Below the pieces are notes generated by a model. That model did not search any database, was not told where the DNA came from, and saw nothing but the letters and a program-made list of their open reading frames with translations. The position numbers and the translations under genes are program-made. A stretch of DNA of 64,000 nucleotides from Macrostomum lignano (taxonomy: Eukaryota). The stretch covers positions 310,001 through 374,000 of the forward strand of contig NIVC01000494.1 in NCBI GenBank assembly GCA_002269645.1. Reading direction: 5' to 3'. This document shows, piece by piece, positions 12,836-25,930 of the stretch. Each line of letters opens with the position of its first letter. Position 1 is the stretch's first letter.

Positions 12836-15800
12836 ATGTTCTTTGTAGCAAGTTTGCCCGTGGCACTGCTTCTACTACAGTGCTTTGCTGGCTGTTCTGC
12901 CGATAGCAGCGGCTGGCCATCTGAAGACGATAGCACACTCTCTGCTCACGGTAAGAACTTTGTTTCTTACAAAACTGACGATTGGGGGCTGGATATTCGG
13001 GAAAGTTATACCCACAGAGTTGTTGGTTATCGTAAAGCTTTCTTCGAAAAATAGGATTCATAATGGTTTCGAATAATTTTTGTGCAAGTATAGAGTGACA
13101 AAAACTGCAGTTTATATTAACTAATATCATAAAAATAACTAAAAATACATTTTTACCTTACAGGACACACTAGAACCGTGATCATAAGCGGTGAGAGCGC
13201 TACTATTTTAGATGCATTACTAATATAATAATTCAAATCAAATTGTTACATTGAATTTTTAGCGTGAAAAATCAAACTTTACAGATCAGGGCAGCTCAGT
13301 GCCAGTGCCAGAGACGGACATCATTCAGCAGGAGACGGTGTGGCTCAATGGTGGAGACGAAACTGCGAGCCACGAAGTCAGTCACAAGTATCACGGTGAG
13401 TCTTGGAATATCAATTTTGAGTAGACAATTTGAGTTGAATGGGAAAAAGCTTTAGGAATTGAAATTTAATAGCGATGTTAAAAGGCTTAGGATACACAAC
13501 AGCTTGAGGAAGTTGAAGCTTACGGATTGTGAAGCTTTGTGACAATGTGAATCTTGTAGATTGTGAAGCTTTGTGACAATGTGAACATTGCAGATTGTGA
13601 AGCTTTGTGGCAATGTGAACCTTGTAGATTGTGAAGTTTTGTGACAATGTAAATCTTGTAGATTGTGAAGCTTTGTGAAAATGTGAATCTTGTGGATTGT
13701 CAAGTTCTGTGACAATGCGAATCTTTTGGATTTCGAAGCTTTGTGACGATTTGAACCTTGTAGATTGTGAAGTTTTGTGACAATGTGAATCTTGTAGATT
13801 GTGAAGCTTTGTGACAATGTGAATCTTGTAGATTGTGAAGCTTTGTGACAATGTGAACATTGCAGATTGTGAAGCTTCGTGACAATGTGAATCTTGTAGA
13901 TTGTGAAGCTTCGTGACAATGTGGATCTTGTAGATTGTGAAGCTTCGTGACAATGTGAATCTTGTAGATTGTGAAGCTTCGCAAGCTTTACTACAAAATT
14001 CTCAAACATTTGCATTGCATTTGCATTTTAGATCTAATTATCATCATTTTTGCAATGCAGGGTTTAGCTACAGCTAGTATTTGATTCGAAAATTCTCTCA
14101 TGCATTTCATAGTTTTCGCTCTGGAATGGATGTGAGCACGAGTGTAAAAATAGCGAGAAGCAGGCTCTGCGTCTGTGCCATTGAATAGGGGTTGGCCAAA
14201 GCTTGGAAGCGACAGCACGTGTCGCCCACCCGAGGACAGAATAAACACTTCAATAGCTAGCTTATACGACTCAAAACTTAGAGCACAAGCTCGAAACACG
14301 TGATGAAAACAATGAAAAAACGTGCGAAAAAATAGCACGAAAAATCTTCCACAGCTGTAAGAGCCTGCGGCTAGATGAATGCGCCGCGCCCAGCTCTTGT
14401 AGGGCAGCTTAACGATAAAGGACGGTTCGCATTACTGCCAGTAGCCCCGCGGGCAAAAGATTGGCCAAATCAATTTTGAAACAGACTAATTTTGGTGTGA
14501 ACCAACTCCGCATTGATTTGAGCTATTGAATGGCTATAATGCAAAACCGACCTTAACAGGACTACATGTCTACATGTACATGGCCGCGTCCAACGGAGAG
14601 AAAGAGTGTCAAGTCATGTCATTCTTAGCTGTCTGTGTAACAATATGTGTAACAGAGATGATAAAATAGATTCATAAAACCTGTGCTGAGCTGTGCCATG
14701 CATTTTTATGATTTTTAAGTACAGGCATTTATACATAGGATATAAAATTAGCATAGAATCCTAATTTTATAAACGAAAAGCTCTATGAATATCAACAGAT
14801 CTACGAGTATAAGAAAGGCAAAACAAATCAAAAGATGAACACTGGATCTGCCTCCTATCAAAATCAATAAAAAATTTTGTGCTGAAAAAATGAAAACCTT
14901 CTATCTTCAAGTTTTTTTCGAAACCAGCCTCCCTAACATGTTCCAAGAAACGTAGTTTACTGTCCTACTTGAGTAGTCCTTGTGTATCGCGTGTGCGTCA
15001 GCGGAGTGGGCATGACTTCTAATTGCTTCCTCGCTGGCCGTATCTTGGTGCTAATATCAGAACTCTTAATGTGCATCCCCCAGTTGTTCACAGCGCCCGC
15101 CATCAATAAAGCCATCATTAATGGTGATGGCAGAGCCGAAATTGGTCTCTGTTTGACTGCGGTTTGAACGAGTCTTAAGGAGTGCTCTTAAAAGTACATG
15201 TAGCTTACGAGCTACAAGCTCGCGAGTATTGTGGAACATTTTATACATGAGCTATCCAATTTTTCTTTTCCTGCTGCTGAATGCAATTTAATGCTCATAA
15301 ACTTCTGCTTATCTATAATTTAATAACCTACACAGGACCGGTTCAGGAGCTGAAGCTGAACATCTGCAGCCAGAGTTCCACCGCGTTCTCTGGGATCTGC
15401 AGCCGAGCCATTGACGGCAACACCAACCAGAACTACAGAAAGCTCTCCTGCACTCACACAAAAACAGAGAGGGGCTGGTGGCAGGCCAGACTCACCAGCA
15501 GGGCTCATATCAAGCGAATCCAAATCTACAACAGACGCGACTGCTGCGCAAACAGACTGCGCAACTTCTACATCACAGTTGACGGGCACAAGTGCGCTGA
15601 GTACCACTCAAGCAAAGCCTTCTCTGTGAAAACATTCAACTGCGATCGAGTTGGTGCGGTGGTCCGCATTCACAACAGAATGAGTGCCCCATTGACCCTC
15701 TGCGAGGTTCGGGTTTTCGGACATCCTCTCTCGGGTGAGCCAGCGCTCAAAACGTACGAGCTAGCTTAAAGGTGTCTAGAAACGCCGACGAAACTGGTAT

Positions 15801-18380
15801 AGTCTTCCCGCATTCTCGCAGCTTGATGATAGAATATTTTAAGGATTCTTGACATCGGGTGCGAGCGTACAAGCGCGCTAAAAAACATTTTTGGCAACCG
15901 CGGCAAATCGATTCGATGCATAGGGAATAGAATGAGAGAAATCGTTGCAACGGTCTCCACACTGCATGGTGTACCACACTGAGTCGCAACTCCGAATTGG
16001 ATTGAAAAATAGCCAGCAAAAATCGTAGCCATGTTACTCTCGTACATGACTTGAAAACTACAAGTGCTATCAAAGTTCTTTTAGTTGTTCTACAGTAGTT
16101 ATTGCTTAATGGACGAAATAGACGCAAACCAAAACGTATTAGGAATCGTAAAGAGATGCTCACGCGGGTGCCCTTGAATTAAGTAACCGAAATTTAGCAA
16201 CGGTGAATTTAGTAACGGTGAATTTAGCAACGGTGAATTTAGTAACTTTGGAATTTAGTAACGTTGGAATTTAGTAACGTTGGAATTTAGTAACGCAATG
16301 GTGCAGCGGAGGGATATCTCATATCTATTACTATTATATAATGGTACATTTATACACCTATTATTTTATGGGTGATTTCAATATTACCATCTGCATAAAT
16401 TTAAGAATTGTCGCCGAATCGCAAGTGTAGATATTTTATTACGACAATGGTAATAATACAAGCTGTACGTGCACAAACACACAAACCCGTACACACGTTG
16501 GTGTTACAATGGGAAGCATGCAATTGAAGTAAGGGTTGTGATAGGCGCAAAAAAAGCATATGCTGCACATAGAACGCATCTGATCCGAGCAATTCAGTTT
16601 TAGGGACAAAACCTATCTAAATAATAGGTGTATAATGTAACATATTATAGTACTACATATGGGATAGCCCTTAGCTGCTCCATTGCGTTACTAAATTCAA
16701 CCGTTACTAAATTCAAACGTTACTAAATTCAACCGTTACTAAATTCAAACGTTACTAAATTTAAACGTTACTAAATTCAAACGTTACTAAATTCAAACGT
16801 TACTAAATTCAACCGTTACTAAATTCAAACGTTACTAAATTCAAACGTTACTAAATTTAAACGTTACTAAATTCAAACGTTACTAAATTCAACCGTTACT
16901 AAATTCAACCGCTACTAAATTCACAGTTACTAATTAAATTCACATAGACCCCCTCACGCACTTAAAGATAATAAGCAATTTTAAACTCTTTCAATTCTTG
17001 GAACAAAAACCGTGCAAAGGATTACCTTTTACCGACTAAAACTAACCAATCAACCTACAGAAGCCGTTCAGGAGCTGAAGCTGAGTCACTGCAGTCAGAG
17101 TTCCACCGCGTTCTCTGGGATCTGCAGCCGAGCCATTGACGGCAACAACAACCAGAACTACCGGAAGCACTCCTGCACTCATACCAACGCAGGGAGGAAC
17201 TGGTGGCAGGCCAGACTCACCAGCAGGGCTCACATCAGGCGAATCCAAATCTTCAACAGACAAGACTGCTGCCCAAACAGACTGCGAAGTTTCTACATCA
17301 CAGTTGACGGGCACAAGTGCGCTGAGTACCACTCAAGCAAAGCCTTCTCTGTGAAAACATTCAACTGCGATCGAGTAGGCGAGCTGGTCCGCATTGACAG
17401 CAAAATTATCGGCTACTTCACTCTCTGCGAAGTTCGAGTGTTTGGAGATCCTGTCAGTCTCAGATCTAAATCTCCTGGTGAGTAGTTGCTACCTGATTTT
17501 GCCTAAACGGCTTATTTAATATGCTTAGTGTCTTTCAACAGAAGTTGATATATTCTGTCTGGAATCTCATAGGTAACTTTCGAATACTAACGGATTCATG
17601 CTAACGTTTGTTTTTCCAATCGATTTCGTTTTCACACACGGTTGCTAACAGGAATAGTTTAATGCTTCAAGCTTGGATCTCGAGCATGGATATTTTGGAT
17701 TATTATTTGCTATTGAATATAGGAAATGCCTTCAGAAGGTGCGACAACGCTTCGGAAGTTTTCTGAAGGCGGAGTCAGTCAGTTTATAAAAAGGGCAATT
17801 GAGATATTGATTCATGGATTAAGTAGGCAACCATCATACTGAAATATTAATACTTTTTTCCTTGATTTCAGCTAAGGCACGCGGAAGAACCGTCAGAAAA
17901 CTGGGGCTGGGCCACTGCAGACAGAGTTCCACCGCGTTCTCTGGGGTCTGCAGCCGCGCCATCGACGGCAACACCAGCCAGAACTACCGGAAGCACTCCT
18001 GCACTCATACCGAAATAGAGAGGGGCTGGTGGCAGGCCAGACTCACCCGCAGGGCTCACATCAAGCGAATCCAAATCTACAACAGACGCGACTGCTGCGC
18101 AAACAGACTGCGCAACTTCTACATCACAGTTGACGGGCACAAGTGCGCTGAGTACCACTCAAGCAAAGCCTTCTCTGTGAAAACATTCAACTGCGATCGA
18201 GTTGGTCAGGTGATCCGCATTCACAACAGAATCAGAACCTACTTGACCCTCTGCGAGGTTCAAGTCTATGGAACTTACGGTGAGCAACAACTGCTCATGC
18301 AACAGTCCAGACACTTTACATTTGCAGATAGCACCAAAGCTTCCGATGTGAATTTTCCCAGCTATAATTTTAGTATTTAG
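12836..18380 (+). CDS. Secreted triple F-type lectin (fucolectin) domain protein, ~509 aa; exons 12836-12950, 13164-13190, 13285-13395, 15336-15734, 17061-17477, 17872-18279, 18328-18380
   Basis: Exon 1 encodes a signal-peptide-like stretch (MFFVASLPVALLLLQCFAGCSA). All introns are phase 1 and GT-AG. Three exons each encode one domain with AIDGN (Ca-binding), SCTHT...WW and NRxDCCxxR (fucose-binding H...RxDxxxxR motif) and LTLCEV. The F-type domains are certain; joining of the small 5' exons and the last exon is inferred from phase and splice signals. Confidence 0.85.
13520..13985. repeat. Minisatellite, 34-bp unit (GTGACAATGTGAATCTTGTAGATTGTGAAGCTTT), lectin intron 3
   Basis: About 13 direct copies. 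Confidence 0.95.
16166..16951. mobile_element. Foldback-type (Mutator-like) element in lectin intron 4
   Basis: The left arm has GAATTTAGTAACGGT-type repeats and the right arm has the reverse-complement GTTACTAAATTCAAAC repeats plus inverted inner sequence. GGG termini; flanks GCTCACGC / CCTCACGC (7-bp exact, 8-bp with one mismatch). Confidence 0.8.
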
Positions 18381-19324
18381 ATTTCTGAAGTCAATCATAT
18401 TTGTATATATGGACAAATTCTTTTTAGTATAGTGGACTAGCACACAAGCCCCTTTTAGGGCATACACTTTGGGGGAAGCGCATTAATATTACTTGCCCTT
18501 GAATACCTGGGCATTTCCCTTTGAGTTGTCCTATCTTGACACACCCTTTTAAACTTTGGACCTTTGACATCACAGCAACGCCCTCCGCCTGTGAGAGCTG
18601 ACAACCCACCTACCCAATTTCAGTTCATTAATCTGCCGCTCATGGAGTTATTGTTAAGAACTTGAGTACGTCAACATCGGGCGGAAAAATGATGACGACA
18701 TCAACCTGAAGCAGTGAAGCTGAAGCTACAGCAAACCTTACTGCACTGTATGTTTTAACTAGACGCTCGAGAATTTTAATACTAGCAAAACGCACTTCAA
18801 AATATTGTAACGCAGTCTAAAAAAATTACATTTATTATATATTTCATTTTCTGTTAACTATATTAACTATTCCATATATATTCCATATTCCAGTAAATCT
18901 GCAAGTAGTAATTTAACACTCGAATATGTAGTTTAGACTATAATTACTCTAAAAGAATATATTTATGAACTGCTACTCCACTAACTTTCGTAGATCTTGT
19001 GTGTCACAGGCGTTAAATAAAAAAAAACCAAATCAAACTTCTTTTAATAAACTCTAATTAAATCACTTATTCAGGAAAGCGTTTCTACAAAGACTTTTGT
19101 GTTTGATCTGTCTTTTACCATTATGCTGGTTCTAAATCTCGCGAAACCAATATTGAAGCAACTTGATTAATTCAACACATGCAACTAATAGTTCCTTCTA
19201 AGATGGTTAACTCATAACTGTGCTCCCCCAGTAACCGAGTGCTTGGGAAAATGCAACCCAACAGGACCACAACTTTATCCATGGAAGGCTTCAAAAGGTG
19301 AACTGAGACTCTAATTAGAGAACT

Positions 19325-20278
19325 TGAGAAGTGAAATCTGATTCAACAGGTGAACTTGGACTAATTTGAGAAGTGAATTGTTATTCAACAGGTGAACTTG
19401 GACTAATTAGAGAAGTGAAGTGTTATTCAACAGGTGAACTTGGACTAATTAAAGAAGTGAAGTGTTATTCAGTAGGTGAACTTGGACTAATTAAAGAAGT
19501 GAAGTGTTATTCAGTAGGTGAACTTGGACTAATTAAAGAAGTGAAGTGTTATTCAACAGGTGAACTTGGACTAATTAGAGAAGTGAAGTGTTATTCAACA
19601 GGTGAACTTGGACTCATTAGAGAAGTGAAGTGTTATTCAACAGGTGAACTTGGACTCATTAGAGAAGTGAAGTGTTATTCAGTAGGTGAACTTGGACTAA
19701 TTAGAGAAGTGAAGTGTTATTCAGTAGGTGAACTTGGACTAATTAGAGAAGTGAAGTGTTATTCAGTAGGTGAACTTGGACTAATTAGAGAAGTGAAGTG
19801 TTATTCAACAGGTGAACTTGGACTCATTAGAGAAGTGAAGTGTTATTCAACAGGTGAACTTGGACTCATTAGAGAAGTGAAGTGTTATTCAACAGGTGAA
19901 CTTGGACTCATTAGAGAAGTGAAGTGTTATTCAGTAGGTGAACTTGGACTAATTAGAGAAGTGAAGTGTTATTCAGTAGGTGAACTTGGACTAATTAGAG
20001 AAGTGAAGTCTGATTCAACAGGTGAATTTGGACTAATTAGAGAAGTGAAGTGTGATTCAACAGGTGAACTTGGACTAATTAGAGAAGTGAAGTCTGATTC
20101 AACAGGTGAATTTGGACTAATTAGAGAAGTGAAGTGTGATTCAACAGGTGAATTTGGACTAATTAGAGAAGTGAAGTCTGATTCAACAGGTGAATTTGGA
20201 CTAATTAGAGAAGTGAAGTGTTATTCAGTAGGTGAACTTGGACTAATTAGAGAAGTGAAGTGTTATTCAACAGGTGTG
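19325..20278. repeat. Minisatellite, 42-bp unit (AGAGAAGTGAAGTGTTATTCAACAGGTGAACTTGGACTAATT), ~22 copies
   Basis: Direct tandem copies downstream of UQCRH; the 302-aa ORF is a by-product. Confidence 0.97.
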
Positions 20279-20700
20279 TGAGAACTATGTGAACTGAGAC
20301 TGAGATATGATACAACAGGCTTGAGAAAGACAAATAAAGTAAATATAAAACACACAGATCGACTGAGCTTTTTGCCATTTACTAGAGTTCATTGAAAATG
20401 TTCTACTTCGCAATATGTAAAAGGCGATGTTGACGCCTTTCGTTTATATTTCTAGTTTGCATGTGAATATTGTAATAATTGTTATTAATATTCAAGTTGT
20501 ATATTGATATTAAAGTTAAAGCCTACTAAACTAATTCTACTGCTAGCGTTTCCAACCAAGTGGAAAAGTCCCTTCAAATAGATTTGCAAACAAAAACCGA
20601 GGACCCGTACAAACTAAAGTTTTTCAGAGAAATCGGTTTATTTCACTAGCTACACGTTGTCACTTGGTATTGGGAAATAAACAATTGAGAAGCTTTCAGC

Positions 20701-20943
20701 CTACTTGGTGTGCTTGAAGATCTCCTTAGCAACACAATGGTCGCGGCAGTGCAGCAGGTCGAACAGTTCCTCCTCGCAGTCCTCAGTGGTGTTGGGCCGC
20801 CGGGCCACGCGCTCCTCGCACTTGTTGAACTTGTCCAAATAGTTGGCGCAGTGCGACGAGTCGCGGCACTTCTCCCTGATTGAGTCCATCGGGTCCTGCA
20901 GTTCCTCATCCTCATCGACTGGCGGCTCATTGTCTTTGGTCAT
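20701..20943 (-). CDS. UQCRH: Cytochrome b-c1 complex subunit 6 (hinge protein), 80 aa
   Basis: Acidic N-terminus, DPMDSIREKC...C...C-ERV...EDCEEELFDLLHCRDHCVAKEIF matches the UQCRH/QCR6 family; AATAAA on the minus strand at ~20638. Confidence 0.95.
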   Translation of the reverse strand: MTKDNEPPVDEDEELQDPMDSIREKCRDSSHCANYLDKFNKCEERVARRPNTTEDCEEELFDLLHCRDHCVAKEIFKHTK

Positions 20944-23900
20944 TGTTGCTGATTAATTAGATTGAATGCAGTTAGCTGAAGCAGGGGTATTTATGCAGAG
21001 TTAGTTAAAGTATGAGTTATTTTTAGCAATTTCAAACACACCGGACTACTTTTAGTAAGGTGCTTGGGTTGTTACTTTCTAGTAGCCTCTTTCATCAGCA
21101 TACTAATTTTAGAGATAAACACCAGGTTATAAGCATAAATATTAATACTAAATCTAAACAAAAAGACACTTGGGCAATAAAGTATTAACCAAGTAATATA
21201 GTGTATTCCATCGCATATTCAAAGACAAAAATGAACATACAATAACATATCAATGCATGATAAATTAATGATATGCTATACCAGCCATGCCTAAGGGACT
21301 TCATTTTTTGAAACAAGAGCCGAGCCATGCCAAATTTCTCTAAGAACATTGACACAGTGCAGATTTTTTTATTATATAATTGTATTCAAGGCAAACTAAT
21401 TAATATATCAAGAGAAGAAATAGAAAAAGCTAGTGAATAAAAATAGATTATACATGTACAACGTCCTAAATTTCACTTGGCTAGTGTGACATAGTTTTCT
21501 ACAAAATTTTAGTGCTTGGTTGATTGATTTTATGACATATCTACCTTTTAGATATATTATAGCCTTGTTAGCTAGTCTAATGTTATGTTATATATGTGTA
21601 GTAGGGGGTTTATTTCAAAGCATTTTTGCTATCTTTAATAAGGCATTTGCCAGTTGAGGTCCTATTTCTCTAGAGGTAACTATTTGAAAGGTTAAAATCA
21701 AGAATAAGCAGTTTTGAATTTTACAATACTAATAGCAGTTCAGCCTTGGGAAAGTAATAGAAGTTAGGGGAAATTTAGGAACAGCAGGTTTGTCTACTAA
21801 TATAGAGAAAAGTGGCCTCACTTTTCCATTGAGACCAACATTTCAGGACCTAATGTCTTGAAAGATTTAAAGGAAGTCTTTCCTCAAAATAAAAAGAGTT
21901 ATAATTAAGGGGACTTAGGGATTTCCCTCTAGAATTCAAGGAATAAAGGGTAAGCACAGTGTAAAATAGGGAGACTAAAGGGAGTCTACCATTTAGTCAA
22001 AATATAAGGGAAAAAGTCCACCAGACGTTATTATACTAGGAACTAATATTTTCTTTTGTGCTTGATTCTTTGTATATTGAAGGTCATGCAATAATATTTT
22101 GTTTTTTCTTGTTAATGAAATTTAATTGAATTGACTTGTGTCTTACTCATTTTAATTTAACATTAAAATGATAAGGGGACATTAGTCTAGTGGCAGCAAT
22201 CTACCAAAATATTAGTATCTAAGAATTCAAGAAAGGAGATAACCAGTAGCCAGAACCATGGGGACACACTATTCCATATACATGTTAGTACTTAAAATAC
22301 TATAATATACTAATTGTTAATGTTTTAAAATAAAACAGTTAAGAAAGTAGCATAGTGGGCACTAGAATAAAAGCTTAGGAAATAATCTATATGCTATTTT
22401 AGTATATATTGATGCCTTAACCTATAAAACTTTATAAAATATATATAGGCCTAAGAAACAACATTTTAGAAATTCAATATTTTAAAACTGCAGATTAAAT
22501 TTACAAATAATTAGGCCTATTCTGTTTTATAAAATTTTTCAAAAATTATATGCTATTATATCATTATGCATTAAGGGGTATCATTATGTTTGTTTGGTAG
22601 AGACCTATGGGTCCCTATTGGAAAAAGTGACACTTCCATAGATGGCTGTCTGGCACACTTTGCACATATACCTTATCCCTTTAGTATAGCATGGCATACT
22701 TGAGGGGCTAAGGGGCAGCGCAGCAGAGGAGTAGTACACCTAAGGGGTAGCACATGCTTAAAGGGTGGCATACAAAAGTGATAGCATATTGAAAAGTAAT
22801 GTACTTGTGTTGTCTCTCTGGCTATAAAAAATTACCAAAGGCTTTCATTGTGTGTACAACATTGAGAAGCCACCAATTCATCCTAATAGTTTCAGTTGAA
22901 GAAACATTTAAAAAATAGCATATAGTAAAAGTGAAAAAGCATGCAATGTTCTGCATTTTCTATAAATTTCTATTAAATGAAAAAATAGTAAACTGCTTGT
23001 TAGCTGAATTAATAAAAATTATAAGATGATAAAACAGATAGCTTAGGCAAGTTGGTCATAGTTAATCCTATTATTTATTAACAAGGAGACAAGACAAATA
23101 GTGCAAGATAAAACTATTTATTAGCTGACAAAGAAACTTGGTCATAGTAACTCCCACTTTTTACCTATTTGCCCCCTAGATTGGCAATGTTTAGTGTGCC
23201 AAGTCAAGTGTATCAAGCTGCACATTTGCAGACTGAGAATTTATTCCAAAAGGGCTCTTTGTTTTTTCATGAGAGACAAGCTGCAAAATTCTTTTTACTT
23301 TAGAACACTAGGAGTGTAGACACATCTGCACATATTTTTGTGTCCAAAGAATGCCTTGACCTCTTGTCTTGTTTGAGGCTTTAAGGCAGTGCAAATGAGG
23401 CTTAAAAGGAAAATTTGTTATAAGACTACACTTAAACCATACCTACTATTATAATTTCAAGGTGTAATTTCAAAACTCTAGGTGCATACATACATTGTGC
23501 ACAAAAAACCTAGAAACTTTAATATATTAATTGTGCTTATGTACCAAGTGTATTAGAAAGCCATTGGCATTATGTACACAATATTTTTTTGCAGCAAAGG
23601 CCATCTTCCTGACTAGGTTTATAGACAAATAAGGTAATACTTATAGTAAAATTTTAATAAAACTTCAAAATATATTGTATATTTTTTATTTAATTATTAT
23701 TTGCTAGCTTAGGAGCCTAACCAACTATAAAGATAGGACCTAGGCTATTAACTATTATTAGTGGCTAGCAGGCTAGCTAGCATAGTAAGTAAAATTAATT
23801 AAATTTTAAGGCAGTTTTTTTTGTCTGGTGACCAGATGAATAGCAATGTGGTTATTTGTCTAGTTACTGGATAATGACCATGCTTTCCTATTCATCCGGT

Positions 23901-24699
23901 TAATACTAGACAAATAGGCATTTTGTTATTTGTCCAGTTAAATTGATAATGCTAAAATATCTATTTCATAGAAACTACAAGGGTAAATATTCCTAGACTT
24001 CAAAGAATTCTTACTTGTATATTGATTGTTATATGTTGTTATACTTGTGTGTGTCTTGTACAATATACACCAAATTATGCTGAATTGAATACACTGCTTT
24101 GCTTATACTAGTATACAAGAAAATATTAATCAGTATACAGGAAAAGGTCTTAAAAGTCTAGAATATTCATCATGAAACAAATAAGATACTTATGTTAGCA
24201 ATTTAACTGGACAAATAGCAAAAAGGCTCTTTGTCCAGGACAAATAGCAACTACCAAATTTAAATGCAATCAACAAAAATTGGGTTTTAACTTTTAGTCT
24301 TAGTTTGATGTTTGGATAAAAAATTCTTAAAATTCAAATTAGGCCTATCCCAATTTTGGTACCAATTATTATCCAGTATCCTGATTAGGTTTCCAGTTCA
24401 TTGGTCTGCCAACAGTTTGTCTGCTAAGTAGACTAAATGCCCTTTTCTTCTAAAACTGTTTGTCTGCTGGGAAATGAGGTGGGGATAAAGAGTGGGATGG
24501 GGACTGGGGGAAGCTGCCCAACAACCTTTGTCCAATGTCTATTAACATAAAGCGCTGCATGTATAGGGGTCTTGCATCATTTTAACAAACTATTTTACAA
24601 TATACACCTAAAATAAGAAAGCTTAACTGAAAACAGTAGGATGGAAACTGTTAAAAATTTGATAAAAATATTGGCAAATAGTTATTCTAAATTAAAATT

Positions 24700-25930
24700 T
24701 CTTGGATGCAAGACATCTGTGTTGTTTGTAGAAAGTGTTTTTTCCATGTGAGCCAGCCACACATCTATCATGCTAACAAAGCAGCTGGAATTAAGAGAGA
24801 GATACATTGGGAAATAAAAAACAAGGCAAAGCGATGCCAATTTAAGCCAGCTGCAAAAATAGTGGAAGGTGCTCTGATTGCTCACTCTTTGCGCAATGAT
24901 TTAGGAGTAAATCCAACTATTGCGCAGCTAGCCAGAAATACAAATAGATTTCGAGCTGGAAGTCAGCCCCAGTATCCAAGCGATCTCAAATCTAAACTTC
25001 AAGATGCAGCTCTTCTATCCAATTTTCTTAAGTCAGATCTCCATGTTGCCAGAACACAGAAGTGCCATCTGCATTTTTCCATAGACGAGCAGCTTGCAAT
25101 CTTGGCCAACATAGAAACATGGTTTCTAGATGGCATATTCTATGTCATGAAAAGATCCTTTATGCAGCTTTATTCCAGTAAGTTTGGCTACATACTATGC
25201 AAATATTGCTGCTTAATCACCTAGCCACTCACCCACTTAATTCACTTTCCTAGTCATTCATCTGATTCTCCATCCAGACTGGCCCTTTGATTCCCTACTT
25301 AATTCACTTCACCTAATCACTTACCCATTTAATTCACTTTCACCCAGTCACTCACCTACTTAATTTACTGTATTCTCTATATAATTCTCTATAATCCATC
25401 TTTTCTATTTTTTCTCATTTCAGTTTATGGACTTTTTTAGAAGGATAGAAAACAAAAACAAGTGCCTTTGTTCTTTGCACTAATGTTGGGAAAATTGAAG
25501 TACAATTATGTAGAAGTTTTGCAGCATATACTTGAGCTGACTGGAATGGCACCCTCCAATGCTGTGCTATATTTTGAGGCAGCCATGTGGGAAGTGCTGC
25601 ATCATGCCTACCCCAATGCTTAGCTACAAGGTTATGCACTCTGCCACTATGTAGACATGACATGGCTCTCCAGTAGCATATGGAGTCTACCGCAAGAGAG
25701 AGCATACAAACAACTCTGTCAAAGGTTGGCATATGGCCCTCAATAGGAGAGCGAGAAAGGGCAACTTAAATCTATATGTCTTGGCAGATCTGCTAGCTCA
25801 GCAGGCTACTTTGGAGGTTCTTTAAGTCCATCAATTGCAAATGTTAGAAAGTGCTGATAGGCAAGTCAGACCAATTTACAAGTGGCATGAAGAGAAGATT
25901 AAAGCTGCCTAGCAGGAGTTTGACGAAAGT
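24700..25930 (+). pseudogene. Decayed Mutator/MULE DDE transposase with one intron (25178-25423)
   Basis: WFLDGIFYVMKRSFMQLYS|IYG resembles MULE WxxDGTF...QLYTIHG; KQVPLFFALMLGK...YFEAAMW resembles PLxxALMxxK...DFExA; HTNNSVKGWH resembles RTNNxxEGWH. Stops and frameshifts are present. Confidence 0.85.

Noticed and set aside
19325-20278. Possible CRISPR array (regular ~40-bp repeats; likewise the 34-bp and 23-bp arrays)
   Set aside because: Units are head-to-tail with no unique spacers, there are no cas genes, and the context is eukaryotic.
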